Shown here: positions 37,465-48,039 of the stretch, one piece after another | How positions within the stretch are numbered: position 1 is the first letter of the stretch | Layout of the letters: each line of letters begins with the position of its first letter | NCBI GenBank assembly: GCA_046095365.1 | Contig: JBJTJF010000077.1 | Direction: 5' to 3' (one strand) | Source: Mycobacterium sp. | GTDB taxonomy: Bacteria > Actinomycetota > Actinomycetes > Mycobacteriales > Mycobacteriaceae | Length of the DNA: 64,000 nt | Notes under the pieces: generated by a model | Seen by the model: only the letters and a program-made list of their open reading frames with translations | Told to the model about the DNA's origin: nothing | Databases searched by the model: none | Translations under genes and position numbers: made by a program

Positions 37465-39108
37465 CTATCGGCGGCGGCTCTTCTTGCGCGGCGGCGGCAG
37501 TGCTCCCTCTGCGCGCAACCGGGCGGCGTGCTCGGCCAGCGCGTCCACCAGCGGACCGACAGCGGCGGTCTCCGGCTGGACGTCGACCCGCAGACCGAAC
37601 TCGGCCGCGGTCTCGGCGGTCTTGGGGCCGATGCAGGCGACGATGGTGCGGGCATGTGGCTTGCCGGCGATACCGACCAGGTTGCGCACCGTGGAACTCG
37701 ACGTGAAGCAGACCGCGTCGAACCCGCCGGTCTTGATCATCTCCCGCGTCTCCGCCGGCGGCGGAGCGGCGCGCACCGTCCGGTATGCGGTGACGTCCTC
37801 GATCTCCCAGCCGCGCTCCCGCAGGCCCTCGGCCAGGGTCTCGGTCGCGATGTCCGCCCGCGGCAGCAGGACCCGGTTCACGGGATCGAAGACCTCGTCG
37901 TACTCCGGGAACTCGTCAAGCAGCCCCAGTGAGGACTGCTCGCCGGAGGGCACCAGCTCCGGGCTGATCCCGAAGGCACGCACCCGGTCGGCGGTCGACT
38001 CGCCGACGCAGGCGATCTTGACCCCGGAGAAGGCCCGGGCGTCCAGCCCGAACTCACCGAACTTCTCCCACACCGCACGGACCGCGTTGGTGGAGGTGAA
38101 GACCACCCACTGGTAGCGGCCGTCGACCAGGCCCTTGACGGCCCGCTCCATCTGGGCGGGGCTGCGGGGGGGTTCCACGGCGATGGTCGGGACCTCGATG
38201 GGCACGGCGCCATGAGCGACCAGGCGGTCACTCATGTCCGCGGCCTGCTCCTTGGTGCGCGGCACCAGTACCGTCCAGCCGTACAGCGCACGGCTCTCCC
38301 ACCAGTTCAGTTTCGCCCTCGCGGTGACGGTTCGCCCGATGGTGACCACCAGCGGACCGGCCAGCGGCCCGGCGGCGTCTCCGGCGCCCAGACCACGGTC
38401 GGTAAGACCGACCAGGGTCGACTCCACCGATCGCTGGCCGCAGGTGCTGCCCTGCGCGGTAACCACGCACGGCGTCCCCTCGGCCAGCCCCTGCTCCATC
38501 AGCGAGCGGGCGGCGTCGGCCAGATGCGACGCGGTCGCGGTGAGGATGAGCGGTCCCGGCGCCGCGGCCAGCGCCGCCCAGTCCACCTCCCCGCGCACGT
38601 CGGCAACGGTGTGGGTGGAGCCAACCGGCAGGCCGGCGTAGGTAGGCACCGCCGCCGTGGCCGGCAGGCCCGGCACGATCTCGAAGGGCAGGTGGGTCTT
38701 GGCCACGGCCGTCACCTCGGTGGTCACCGAGTCCATCGAGAGCGGATCGCCGGCAACCAGGCGCACCACGTCGGACCCGGTCTTGGCAACGGCGGCCAGC
38801 GTCTTGGCCACTTCGGCCGGTTCGCCCAGTGCCGGCCGGATGTCGGGCCCGACCCAGACCACCGGGGGCGCGGTCTGGTCGTCGGTGGGGGCTCCGTCGG
38901 GCGCAGGGCCCGCGGCCGGGGGGAGGTCGGTCCCGATCAGCTTGAGCACCGCCTCGGGAACGTCGGGGTCGGTGAACACGCAAGCGGCATTGGCAAGGAC
39001 GGTGCGGGCGCGCACCGTCAGCAGACCCGGGTCGCCCGGGCCGGAGCCGACGAACGTGATGCGCCCCGGCTTCGGCTTGCGCCCTCGCGCGGTTGCGTGA
39101 CCAGACAT
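37465..39108 (-). CDS. hemD: Bifunctional uroporphyrinogen-III C-methyltransferase-like/synthase
   Basis: FVGSGPGDPGLLT N-terminal domain, then WWESRALYGWTVLVPRT, FTSTNAV, FTSSSTVRN. Confidence 0.95.
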   Translation of the reverse strand: MSGHATARGRKPKPGRITFVGSGPGDPGLLTVRARTVLANAACVFTDPDVPEAVLKLIGTDLPPAAGPAPDGAPTDDQTAPPVVWVGPDIRPALGEPAEVAKTLAAVAKTGSDVVRLVAGDPLSMDSVTTEVTAVAKTHLPFEIVPGLPATAAVPTYAGLPVGSTHTVADVRGEVDWAALAAAPGPLILTATASHLADAARSLMEQGLAEGTPCVVTAQGSTCGQRSVESTLVGLTDRGLGAGDAAGPLAGPLVVTIGRTVTARAKLNWWESRALYGWTVLVPRTKEQAADMSDRLVAHGAVPIEVPTIAVEPPRSPAQMERAVKGLVDGRYQWVVFTSTNAVRAVWEKFGEFGLDARAFSGVKIACVGESTADRVRAFGISPELVPSGEQSSLGLLDEFPEYDEVFDPVNRVLLPRADIATETLAEGLRERGWEIEDVTAYRTVRAAPPPAETREMIKTGGFDAVCFTSSSTVRNLVGIAGKPHARTIVACIGPKTAETAAEFGLRVDVQPETAAVGPLVDALAEHAARLRAEGALPPPRKKSRRR

Positions 39109-39114
39109 ACTCTC

Positions 39115-39185
39115 TCCCGCCTGCCGCTGCCGCGGCAGTCTCCCGCTTCCGCCGCTATCGCGGCAGTTCCCGCTCCGCCGCCATG
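39115..39185 (-). repeat. Degenerate ~27-bp triple repeat at the hemC 3' end/hemD leader
   Basis: Units begin tcccgc at 39115, 39141 and 39168. The first two share cgcggcagt; the third is partial. Confidence 0.6.
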
Positions 39186-40117
39186 ACCTCGCGCGCACCG
39201 AGATCGAACAGTTCCGCGGCGACCGAGAGCCCAAGCTCTGCGGCCCGGCCGGGAGTGCCGATACCGGACACACGGATCACGTCGGATCCGTCCACCGCCG
39301 CTACGCAGGCGCGAAGCGACAGCTCCTCGAAGACCAGGCCGTCCTCATCAATGGACTCGACCACCTCGGCGATCGCGCCCACCGGTGCGGAACAACCGGC
39401 CTCCAGGTCGGCGAGCAGGGTTCGCTCCGCGGTGACCGCCGCGCGGGAGTCGGTGTCGTCCAACTCCGCCAGCAGTTCGGCCAGCGCAGTGTCGCCGGCG
39501 CGGCATTCCACCGCGAGCGCTCCCTGCGCCGGTGCCGGCAGCATCTGCACCGGCTCCAGAGTCTCGGTGACATCACTGAGTCGTCCCAGTCGGGCCAGGC
39601 CCGCCCGGGCAACCACGATGGCGTCGAGATCACCGCTGCTTACCCTGTTCAACCTGGTGTCAAGGTTGCCCCTTAGGGGGCGGATTTCCAAACCGAGACC
39701 CAGTGCTCTAAGCTGCGCGGCCCTTCGGACGGATGAAGTACCGACGATGGATCCGGCCGGCAACTCGCCCAGCACCAGCCCGTCCCGGGCGACCAGGGCG
39801 TCGCGCGGGTCCTCACGCCTCGGAACTGCGGCGATGACGAATCTGTCGTCCGCCGCGGTGGGCAGGTCCTTGTAGGAGTGCACCGCCATGTCGACCCGTC
39901 CGTCGGCGATCGCCTCGCGCAGCGCGGCGGTGAACACCCCGACCCCGATCTCGGCGACCGGTTGGTCGGAGCGGTCGCCGGGGGTGCTGATGATGACCAG
40001 TTCGGCTGCCCGCCCCCGCGCGATCAGCTGATCTCGGATCGTCCCGGCCTGCGTGGTGGCAAGCAGGCTGCCGCGGGTGCCGATCCGAATCGCCGGGGAG
40101 CTGGCCATGTCGATCAC
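39155..40117 (-). CDS. hemC: Hydroxymethylbilane synthase
   Basis: [61 protein letters not shown]. Start GTG 40117 or ATG 40108. Confidence 0.98.
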   Translation of the reverse strand: MIDMASSPAIRIGTRGSLLATTQAGTIRDQLIARGRAAELVIISTPGDRSDQPVAEIGVGVFTAALREAIADGRVDMAVHSYKDLPTAADDRFVIAAVPRREDPRDALVARDGLVLGELPAGSIVGTSSVRRAAQLRALGLGLEIRPLRGNLDTRLNRVSSGDLDAIVVARAGLARLGRLSDVTETLEPVQMLPAPAQGALAVECRAGDTALAELLAELDDTDSRAAVTAERTLLADLEAGCSAPVGAIAEVVESIDEDGLVFEELSLRACVAAVDGSDVIRVSGIGTPGRAAELGLSVAAELFDLGAREVMAAERELPR

Positions 40118-41088
40118 GCCTCCAACTGCGAGACGATGCGGTGGAAGACGTCTTTCACCGAGTCGTACTGCGGACTTGTCTCGACGATGTACTTTCCCCT
40201 CAGCAACGTGGTGCGAACCAGGTCGTAGTAGGCGTGGCGGGGATTGTTCTGGTGCTTCTTTGCGCCCCACAGGTGGTAGAAGGTGTTCTGCAGTTCGGCC
40301 GCGACGGCCCCCGGACCTGGACCCAGATCCATGTCGAGCGGGCAGAAGTCATTGGAGGCCCACAGCGCCTTGACCATCGCCCTGGTCTTGATCGGGGTGT
40401 TCGCCACCATCGCCCAGTAGTACGCCAGGGCCGCAAGCAACCACTGCTCGGTCACGATCTGGGCCGAGGACCACGGGTACATCAGGTGCGAGTTCGGGTT
40501 GGCATATTGCACGTCACCGGGGGCGTCAAGGGCGAACCCGAAGTACTTCTCCACATAGTCGTTCTTGAACGCCTCGTTGAACATGCCGACGACCGCGCAA
40601 TTCATCGGCAAGGTTCCCCGGAAGCACCTGACCATCTCCTCATCCCACAGGAACCCCGGGGGGCCGGTGATGTCGAAGACGTTCGGGTAGATGGCGGTGG
40701 TCTCGCGGTGCAGATAGAGCAGATCGCAATCGGTGAAGTCGGTCAGGCGCCGGTGCACGATGATGTCGGTGTCGAAGATCACGAACGGAGCGTGCAGCTT
40801 GGACATCGCCCAGATCTTGGGCGATGCCCAGAAATTCCTCGAGATCCGCTCACGCGGGTAGTCGTCGTGGATATGGGTGATCACCTCGTCGTACAGTCCG
40901 GTCAGCTGCCAGTCGTCGTAATACCTGACGGTGTTCGGGTCGGTGATCAGGACCAACGGGATGTCGGGGTTGACGGCCTTGTGGTTGATGCAGGAGTAGA
41001 TGTGGGTGAGCAACTCGAACTTGCGCCGCTCGATGTCCGAGTCGGTCGGATAGGGCGTATCGATGAGGTAGACGTGGCACGCCTTCAT
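40114..41088 (-). CDS. Uncharacterised GT-A-fold / DUF6734-like putative glycosyltransferase
   Basis: 324-aa ORF with [22 protein letters not shown] (DxD), NCAVVG, TEQW, YHLWG. ATG 41088 overlaps the hemA TGA. Confidence 0.75.
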   Translation of the reverse strand: MKACHVYLIDTPYPTDSDIERRKFELLTHIYSCINHKAVNPDIPLVLITDPNTVRYYDDWQLTGLYDEVITHIHDDYPRERISRNFWASPKIWAMSKLHAPFVIFDTDIIVHRRLTDFTDCDLLYLHRETTAIYPNVFDITGPPGFLWDEEMVRCFRGTLPMNCAVVGMFNEAFKNDYVEKYFGFALDAPGDVQYANPNSHLMYPWSSAQIVTEQWLLAALAYYWAMVANTPIKTRAMVKALWASNDFCPLDMDLGPGPGAVAAELQNTFYHLWGAKKHQNNPRHAYYDLVRTTLLRGKYIVETSPQYDSVKDVFHRIVSQLEA

Positions 41089-42455
41089 CAAGAATTTTTG
41101 TCCGGCAGCGGGAACTCACCTGCAGCCAGCGCGTCGACGGCCTGCGGGTCGAGCTCGAACAGCTCCCGCAGCGCCTCGGCATAGGTGTCGGCCCCCGGAG
41201 CGCCGGCCAGCTGCTTGACCCGTACCGTCGGCGCGTGCAGCAGCTTGTCGACCACCCGGCGCACGGTCCGGGCGATCTCGTCGCGGTGGGCGGCGTCCAG
41301 CCCGGGCAACCGGTGGTCCAGCCGCAGCAGCTCGGCCTCGACGACATCGGCGGCGCGCTGGCGCAGAGCGGTCACGGTGGGGGTTACCTCGGCCATCCGC
41401 TGGTTGGCCAGATAGGCGCCGACCTCGGCGGCGACGATACGGCGGGCGGACTCGGCGTCGGCGGCGGCGGCTCGGGCCGAGGGCTCCCGCTGCACCCGCT
41501 CCATGTCGACGACCCAGACCCCGGGCAGTCCGGCGACGGCCGGGTCGATGTCGCGCGGCATGCCCAGGTCGCACAGAACCAGCGGCTCGCCCAGCTCGTC
41601 GCGGGTCGTGGCGGCCAGCGCATGGTGGACATCGGCCAGTGTGACGACCGGCCGCACCGCGCCGGTGCAGCTGACCACCAGGTCGGCCCCGGCCAGCGCG
41701 GTCTGCAGCCCGTCGAGAGTCATGGCCTGCGCGACGATGCCCTGCTCGTCGAGGTTTCGCGCCAGCCGTTCGGCCCGCGGGAGTGACCGGTTGACCACGT
41801 TGATGCGGCCGACGCCGGCCCGGACCAGGTGGGCCGCGGTCAGGCTGCCCATCGAACCGGCGCCGATCACGGTGGCCGTGCGCCCGGCCAGGGCGGTGTA
41901 GGAGGGGCCCAGTTCCGGCCGGTAGAGCCGCTCGGCGGCCACGTGCAGCGCGACGGAGACGACGCTGCCGCCGGCGGCGTCGATCGAGGTCTCGGCGTGC
42001 ACGCGCTTGCCCACCGCCAGCGCTCGCTGGGCCAGGTCGTGCAGCACCCGTCCGACGGTCCGGTTGGCCTCCGCCGTCGCGTAGGCGCGGCGGACCTGAC
42101 CGAGCACCTGCTGCTCGCCGACCACGGCGCTGTCCAGTCCGCTGGCCACCGCGAAGATGTGCTCGACCGCGGCCTCGCTGTAGCGGACGTAGGCGTGCCT
42201 GGTGAGGTCGCCCATCGACAGACCGGAATGCTCGGAGAGAACCTGGCCGATCGCCGCCAGGCCGCCGTGGAAGGCGTCGACCACGGCGTACACCTCGACC
42301 CGATTGCAGGTCGACAGGATCATGGCCTCGGTCACCAGCGGGGATTGCAACACCTGCTGGATGATCTTCACCTGATCGGCTTCGTCGGTCGAGAGTTGCT
42401 CGATGACCGAGACCGGTGCGCTGCGGTGAGACACCCCGAACAGCAGGACGCTCAC
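41088..42455 (-). CDS. hemA: Glutamyl-tRNA reductase
   Basis: [47 protein letters not shown]. Confidence 0.98.
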   Translation of the reverse strand: MSVLLFGVSHRSAPVSVIEQLSTDEADQVKIIQQVLQSPLVTEAMILSTCNRVEVYAVVDAFHGGLAAIGQVLSEHSGLSMGDLTRHAYVRYSEAAVEHIFAVASGLDSAVVGEQQVLGQVRRAYATAEANRTVGRVLHDLAQRALAVGKRVHAETSIDAAGGSVVSVALHVAAERLYRPELGPSYTALAGRTATVIGAGSMGSLTAAHLVRAGVGRINVVNRSLPRAERLARNLDEQGIVAQAMTLDGLQTALAGADLVVSCTGAVRPVVTLADVHHALAATTRDELGEPLVLCDLGMPRDIDPAVAGLPGVWVVDMERVQREPSARAAAADAESARRIVAAEVGAYLANQRMAEVTPTVTALRQRAADVVEAELLRLDHRLPGLDAAHRDEIARTVRRVVDKLLHAPTVRVKQLAGAPGADTYAEALRELFELDPQAVDALAAGEFPLPDKNS

Positions 42456-42580
42456 GGCACGATCACCTGACCTACTCCTATGCGCGGCGACGTCTGGAGG
42501 ACTGTTGACAGTGTTCCGGGTGAGAAACTACCGAAACCGTAATAGCTCCGCAGCGGGCTGAACAAATTCCATCCCGGCCG

Positions 42581-42841
42581 TCACCGGTTCGTGACGTCGG
42601 CCCGCAAACGGGGCTCGTCGACGTCCCAGTAACTGTGTTCGCGGCCGTCCAGGAGAACCACCGGCAGCCGGTCGCCGAACTCCGCGCGCAGGGCGGGTTC
42701 GCCGGCGGCCGCCGCGGCGTCGACGTCGGTGCTGGACAACTCGAAGTCCAGTTCAGCGGCCAATTCCGCCAACCGCCGATGGACCCGTTCGCAGAGCCCG
42801 CAGCCCGCCCGGGTGAGCAGTTCGACGCGAGCCCGACTCAT
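42581..42841 (-). CDS. Glutaredoxin-like protein (Rv0508-like)
   Basis: [28 protein letters not shown]. Confidence 0.9.
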   Translation of the reverse strand: MSRARVELLTRAGCGLCERVHRRLAELAAELDFELSSTDVDAAAAAGEPALRAEFGDRLPVVLLDGREHSYWDVDEPRLRADVTNR

Positions 42842-42937
42842 GACCGGCAGTCTGGCACCCCGGGGTTTCAGATCGACACGGGGTGGCATTCCCGCCGACA
42901 GGGTGGCGGTGGCACCCCCACCGATAGGCTGGTCGGC

Positions 42938-43819
42938 ATGGGTTCCGGGGACGAGCAGGCTCGCGCCGGCGACGCCAGTGCCGAGCGCGCGGTCGAGGGA
43001 CTGACCGCGGAGTCCGGCGAGGGACCCGAAGCGGGGGTGCCGCCGCGGGATCTGACCGCCGCCGCGTTCTTCGACGTCGACAACACGCTGGTGCAGGGAT
43101 CATCGCTGGTGCATTTCGGCCGCGGCCTGGCCGCCCGCAAGTACTTCCGCTACAGCGAGGTCTGGAAGTTCATCTACGCCCAGGCCAAGTTCCAGCTGAC
43201 CGGGCGGGAGAACAGCGACGACGTCGCCGAGGGCCGACGCAAAGCGCTGGCCTTCATCGAGGGCCGGACGACCGCCGAACTCAGCGAGCTGGGCGAGGAG
43301 ATCTACGACGAGATCATCGCCGACAAGATCTGGCCGGGCACCCGGGCCCTGGCCCAGGCGCACCTCGACGCCGGCCAGCAGGTCTGGCTGGTGACGGCCA
43401 CGCCCTATGAACTGGCCGAGGTGATCGCCAGACGGCTCGGCCTGACCGGCGCGATGGGCACGGTCGCCGAGTCCGAGGACGGCGTGTTCACCGGACGGCT
43501 GGTCGGCGACATCCTGCACGGGCTGGGCAAGGCCCATGCGGTGCGGGCGCTGGCGATCCGCGAGGGGCTCAACCTCAGGCGCTGCACCGCCTACTCGGAC
43601 AGCTTCAACGACGTTCCGATGCTGTCGCTGGTCGGGACGGCGGTCGCGATCAACCCCGACGCCGACCTTCGCGAGCTGGCCCGCGAGCGGGGCTGGGAGA
43701 TCCGCGATTTCCGCACCGCCCGCAAGGCGGCGAAGATCGGGGTGCCCTCGGCGCTGGTGGTGGGAGCCGTCGGCGGCGCCGTGGCCGCGGCCGTGTCACG
43801 CCGCCAGGAGCACGACTGA
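42938..43819 (+). CDS. serB1: HAD-IB family hydrolase (Rv0505c/SerB1-like)
   Basis: [31 protein letters not shown]. Confidence 0.9.
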   Translation: MGSGDEQARAGDASAERAVEGLTAESGEGPEAGVPPRDLTAAAFFDVDNTLVQGSSLVHFGRGLAARKYFRYSEVWKFIYAQAKFQLTGRENSDDVAEGRRKALAFIEGRTTAELSELGEEIYDEIIADKIWPGTRALAQAHLDAGQQVWLVTATPYELAEVIARRLGLTGAMGTVAESEDGVFTGRLVGDILHGLGKAHAVRALAIREGLNLRRCTAYSDSFNDVPMLSLVGTAVAINPDADLRELARERGWEIRDFRTARKAAKIGVPSALVVGAVGGAVAAAVSRRQEHD

Positions 43820-43854
43820 CTCTCGGCGCCGGGCGGGCGCGATAAGCTCGCCCA

Positions 43855-44358
43855 ATGTCCATCGCCAGCGACATCATCGGCACCCACTACCGCTACCCGG
43901 ACTACTACCTGGTCGGACGCGAGAAGATCCGGGAGTACGCCAAGGCGATCCAGTGCCAGGACCCGATCAGCCACAGCGAGGAGGCCGCCCGCGCGGCCGG
44001 CTATCCCGACGTCGTCGCCCCGCTGACCTTCATCGCGATCCCGGGGCGTCAGGTGCAGCTGGACATCTTCCGCAACTTCGACGTCGGCATCAATCTGGCC
44101 CGGGTCATCCACCGCGACCAGAAGATCACCTACCACCGGCCGATCTGCGCCGGGGACAAACTGTATTTCGACTCCTGGCTGGACTCGGTGATCGAGTCGC
44201 ACGGAACGATCATCAGCACCCTGCGCAGCGAGGTCACCGACGACGACGACAAGCCGGTGATGACGACCATCGTCACCATGATCGGCGAAGCCGCCGGGGC
44301 CGAGGAGACCAACGAGCAGATCGCCGCCATCGCGGCGGCAGCCCTCGGCCGAAACTGA
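43855..44358 (+). CDS. MaoC/FAS1-like dehydratase N-domain protein (Rv0504c-like)
   Basis: [29 protein letters not shown]. Confidence 0.88.
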   Translation: MSIASDIIGTHYRYPDYYLVGREKIREYAKAIQCQDPISHSEEAARAAGYPDVVAPLTFIAIPGRQVQLDIFRNFDVGINLARVIHRDQKITYHRPICAGDKLYFDSWLDSVIESHGTIISTLRSEVTDDDDKPVMTTIVTMIGEAAGAEETNEQIAAIAAAALGRN

Positions 44359-44386
44359 TCAGCGCTTAAACCGGCGGCTGCCCGGA

Positions 44387-45412
44387 CTAGCCGAGGAACG
44401 TGTTGCGACGCTGGCTCAGCAGACCGAACAGCGTCTGCTGGATGGTCTCGCGGACCTGGTCGGTGATCTCGAAGGTGACCATCGGGTCGTCCGCGGCGGC
44501 TGCGTCGTAGCCGGTGGTGTCGATCGGTTCGCCGAAGGCGATATGCCACTTCGACGGCAGCGGTACCAGTCCGGCCGGGCCGGCGAGCGGGAACAGCGGA
44601 GTGATCGGGACGTACGGCACGCCGAGCACCCGGGCCAGCAACTTGACGTCGGCCAGCATGGGGTAGATCTCCTCCGAGCCGACGATCGAGCACGGGATGA
44701 TCGGCGCCTTCGCGTGCAGTGCCGCCGACACGAAACCGCCGCGGCCGAAACGCTGCAGCTTGTAGCGGTCCCGGAACGGCTTGCCCAGACCCTTGTAGCC
44801 CTCGGGGAAGACGGCGGTCAGTTCGCCGCTTCCCAGCAGTCGGCCGGCGTCGACGTTGCAGGCCATGGTGTGACCCGCCTTGCGGGCGATCGGACCGAGC
44901 ACCGGCATGTCGAAGAGGATGTCGGCGGCCAGCAGGCGCAGATCGCGATGCGCCGGGTGATGGTCACGCACCGCCACCGAGAGCATCGGGCCGTCGAAGG
45001 GCAGGGTGCCGGCGTGGTTGGCCACCACCAGTCCGGCGCCGGTGTCGGGCAGGTTCTCGATGCCGCTGACCTCGACCCGGAACCACTTGTCGTAGAAGAA
45101 CCTCAGGGCCGGCAGCACCACGGCATCGTTGTACTGCGGATCGAAGCCGAACTCGTCGACGGTGTAGTCCCCGGTGAGGCGCTTGCGCAGGAAGTCGGCC
45201 GCGCCCGCGATCCGGGCGACGAGGTCATTGGAGGCCGATTCCCCGCGGTGCTGGTCGAACTCCCGGATGACGGCCTCGACGCTCTCGTCCGAAGCCGGCG
45301 GCGGAGTGGCCGAGGGTTTGCGACGCGGCGTGCCCGCGCGTTGCGCGGAACGGGTGGCCGCACGAACCGAATCGCCATGCAGCGGAATGACTTTCGCTTT
45401 CTCCCCGGCCAC
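44387..45412 (-). CDS. Lysophospholipid acyltransferase family (Rv0502-like)
   Basis: YTVDEFGFD, VANHAG (HxxxxD region), VFPEGYKG, FGRGGF. Confidence 0.92.
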   Translation of the reverse strand: MAGEKAKVIPLHGDSVRAATRSAQRAGTPRRKPSATPPPASDESVEAVIREFDQHRGESASNDLVARIAGAADFLRKRLTGDYTVDEFGFDPQYNDAVVLPALRFFYDKWFRVEVSGIENLPDTGAGLVVANHAGTLPFDGPMLSVAVRDHHPAHRDLRLLAADILFDMPVLGPIARKAGHTMACNVDAGRLLGSGELTAVFPEGYKGLGKPFRDRYKLQRFGRGGFVSAALHAKAPIIPCSIVGSEEIYPMLADVKLLARVLGVPYVPITPLFPLAGPAGLVPLPSKWHIAFGEPIDTTGYDAAAADDPMVTFEITDQVRETIQQTLFGLLSQRRNTFLG

Positions 45413-46509
45413 TAGAACCCCCCTCTTTCACCTGCTGCGCCGCCCCACCGCTGTGCCAGGAGCAGGGCACGGCTCTCCACAGATCGTACCCATCCCGGGT
45501 CGATGATCGGCGTCAGGCCCCGGCCGCGGACGAAATCGTCGAAGGCCTCCAGCGTGGTCCACTTGGGCTCGAAACCCAATTCGGAGCGCATCCGGGTGGT
45601 GTCCATCACCCTTCCGTAGCTCAGGTAGTCGAGCTGGTCGCGATTGACCTCGCTGTTCGCCGTCGCTTTGCGCAGCGAGTCCACCACTCGAACACCGAAG
45701 GCCGGCACCGCCAGCGGCAGCCGGCCGGCCCGACGGATGGCCTGGGACATCATGATGACGCCATCGGCGCCGACGTTGAAGGTGCCAGCCCGGCCGGCCA
45801 TGGTGGCCCGCTCCAGGGCGCCCAGCGCGTCCTGCTCGTGCAGCAGCTGGAGGCGGGCGTCACGGCCGAAGACGGTGGGCACGACCGGTCCGGACAGGTA
45901 GCGGGCCAGAACGGTGTCCATCGCCGGGCCGATCATGTTGGCCAGCCGAAGGATGGTCACCGCGATGTCGGGCCGCCGCCGGCCCAGGCCGCGCGCGTAG
46001 CCCTCGATGTCGATGCTGTCGCGGGCGAAACCCTCATCGGGCGGGCGCAAACTGCTGCTGTCCTCGGTATGCACCACCGGATCGTGCGGGTGCGACCCGT
46101 AGATCTCCGAGGTGGACTTCAGGACGACCCGCCTGACGGTGGGGGCCTTCTGGCAGGCCGCAAACAGCTGCATGGCCCCCATCACGTTGAGTTCCTTGAG
46201 GGTGGCGCGACCACCGGACCGCGGCGCGAACGACGCAGCCGCCGCGTGCACCACGGTGTCGACGTCGCTGTTGCGGATCACCTTGGCGATGAACGGGTTG
46301 CGGATATCGGCGCGGACGAACTCCGCGCGTCCCATCCGCCGCTGCAGATCCTTGCTCGGGGCGATCGCGTCGACGGCGATGACCTTGTTGATCAGCGGGT
46401 TCTGCGCCAGCCGCGAGGTCAGGTAGCCGCCTAGAAACCGGCAGGCACCGGTGACCAACACCACCTTCGGGTAGTGCGGCGCGTCTGCGCCCGGGCGACC
46501 GGAATCCAT
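45412..46509 (-). CDS. galE2: NAD-dependent epimerase/dehydratase (Rv0501-like)
   Basis: VLVTGACRFLGG, DTVVHAA, KELNVMGAMQL. Syntenic position. Confidence 0.85.
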   Translation of the reverse strand: MDSGRPGADAPHYPKVVLVTGACRFLGGYLTSRLAQNPLINKVIAVDAIAPSKDLQRRMGRAEFVRADIRNPFIAKVIRNSDVDTVVHAAAASFAPRSGGRATLKELNVMGAMQLFAACQKAPTVRRVVLKSTSEIYGSHPHDPVVHTEDSSSLRPPDEGFARDSIDIEGYARGLGRRRPDIAVTILRLANMIGPAMDTVLARYLSGPVVPTVFGRDARLQLLHEQDALGALERATMAGRAGTFNVGADGVIMMSQAIRRAGRLPLAVPAFGVRVVDSLRKATANSEVNRDQLDYLSYGRVMDTTRMRSELGFEPKWTTLEAFDDFVRGRGLTPIIDPGWVRSVESRALLLAQRWGGAAGERGGF

Positions 46510-46577
46510 GTCTGCATAGCCTATCGGCGATTACCCCGACCGGCGCGACGACGCGGGGGCGGAGCGAGAGCGGAGTG

Positions 46578-46679
46578 TTACTTACCGAGTTTTCTGCGCT
46601 GGACCCGGGTGCGACGCAGCAGCTTGCGGTGCTTCTTCTTGGACATGCGCTTGCGCCGCTTCTTGATGACTGAACCCAT
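46578..46679 (-). CDS. 30S ribosomal protein bS22 (Rv0500B-like, 33 aa), below the ORF-track cutoff
   Basis: [33 protein letters not shown]. Confidence 0.95.
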
Positions 46680-46763
46680 GAACTCCGCTACCTAAGTGCC
46701 AAAAGCCCGTGCCGGGCCCGCCTGTGTCGGGACCCCACCTTACCCAACCGGCCGCGGCGACCG

Positions 46764-47027
46764 TTAGCCGGCGTCGAAGTAGGACGTCTCCAGCAGATCG
46801 TGGACCGCTTTCGCGTGCACGCGGAACGAGCGGCCGACCCGCACGGCCGGCAACTCGCCGTTGTGCACCAACCGGTAGACCGTCATCTTGCTGACCCGCA
46901 TGAGGGCTGCGACTTCGGCGACGGTCAGGAACTGCGTTCTGACCGGCTGTCCTTCCATCGGACCGGCGTCGCGCGCCGACTTCCCGCCGGTGGAGTCCCG
47001 TCCCGAAGGCCCGTTCACAGACGTCAT
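46764..47027 (-). CDS. Excisionase-type HTH DNA-binding protein (Rv0500A-like)
   Basis: FLTVAEVAALMRVSKMTVYRLVHNGELPAVRVGRSFRV. Confidence 0.93.
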   Translation of the reverse strand: MTSVNGPSGRDSTGGKSARDAGPMEGQPVRTQFLTVAEVAALMRVSKMTVYRLVHNGELPAVRVGRSFRVHAKAVHDLLETSYFDAG

Positions 47028-47167
47028 CGCAACCCAATCCGTCGGGCACGGGCAGTTCCAGCGGCTTCCCCACCGCTGGCACCGAAACCCGTGCGTTAGG
47101 AGGAGAATAGCGTGGCCAATGGGGTTACTGCGACGGGAGTTCGTTAATCCGCCAGAGTTTTCTCAAA

Positions 47168-48028
47168 CTACCCTGATGTAACTCCCAGCTGCTCAGAGCG
47201 GGTTTTGGCGGCCTCCACCGCCGCGGCGACGGCGGCACGCAGGCCGTTGCGCTCCAGTTCACGCAGGCCAGCGGCGGTTGTGCCGCCCGGGGAGGTCACC
47301 AGCGCACGCAGCTGGGCTGCGCTGGTGTCAGGGCGGCCGGCGGGGTCGGACCGCTCATCCGCGACCCGCGCGGACAGCATCGCCGCCGAGCCGGCCAGGG
47401 TCTGCACCGCCAGATCGGTGGCCACGGCACGACTCAGCCCGTTGGCCACTCCGGCGTCTACCAGCGCCTCGAGGAACAGGAAGAAGTAGGCCGGACCCGA
47501 ACCCGACACCGCGGTGACGGCGTCGATCTGGCTCTCTGCAACGGTCAGCACCTCACCTACGCCGCGGAACAGCTCAGCCGCCTGCGCCAGCTGCTCGGCG
47601 GACGCGAACCGGCCCGCCGCCAGCGCACTGACGCCGGCTCCGACCAGGGCCGGCGCATTCGGCATCGCGCGGATCACCGGTGAACCGGCCGGCAGGCGGG
47701 ACTCGTAGAAACCGGTGGTCACACCGGCGATCACGCTGACCAGGACTTGTTCGGGGGTGTCGCCGGGGGCCCCGGTCACGGCCGCGGCGACCTCGCCGAT
47801 CACCGCTCCGGCGTCGCCGGGCTTGACCGCCAGGATGATGAAACCGGCGTTTTCCACGGCATCGGCCAGCGGGGCAACCCGCACCCCGTAGCTCTGCGCG
47901 AGGTATTCGGCACGTCCGGCCGCTTTCTCGGCGACCACCACGTGGCGGGCCGCGTGCCCGGACTTGAGCAGTCCGGCAAGCAGTGCCTCGCCCATGTTGC
48001 CGCCACCGATGATCGCGATCCTGGCCAT
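47168..48028 (-). CDS. proC: Pyrroline-5-carboxylate reductase
   Basis: IIGGGNMG, LAVKP, RAMPN, SGSGPAY, VTSPGGTT. Confidence 0.97.
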   Translation of the reverse strand: MARIAIIGGGNMGEALLAGLLKSGHAARHVVVAEKAAGRAEYLAQSYGVRVAPLADAVENAGFIILAVKPGDAGAVIGEVAAAVTGAPGDTPEQVLVSVIAGVTTGFYESRLPAGSPVIRAMPNAPALVGAGVSALAAGRFASAEQLAQAAELFRGVGEVLTVAESQIDAVTAVSGSGPAYFFLFLEALVDAGVANGLSRAVATDLAVQTLAGSAAMLSARVADERSDPAGRPDTSAAQLRALVTSPGGTTAAGLRELERNGLRAAVAAAVEAAKTRSEQLGVTSG

Positions 48029-48039
48029 AGCCGGAAACC

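Noticed and set aside
34551-38116. Long plus-strand ORFs (653 aa, 557 aa) and similar antisense ORFs throughout the window
   Set aside because: Shadow frames of real genes with Arg/Gly/Pro-rich composition and no motifs.
44359-44386. Absence of cmaA2 (Rv0503c) as a special loss
   Set aside because: As I recall, rapid growers commonly lack it at this site, so it is not informative without the whole genome.
46764-47027. Excisionase-like gene as a sign of a prophage or ICE
   Set aside because: It is the conserved core gene Rv0500A next to bS22. There is no integrase, att site or phage gene nearby.
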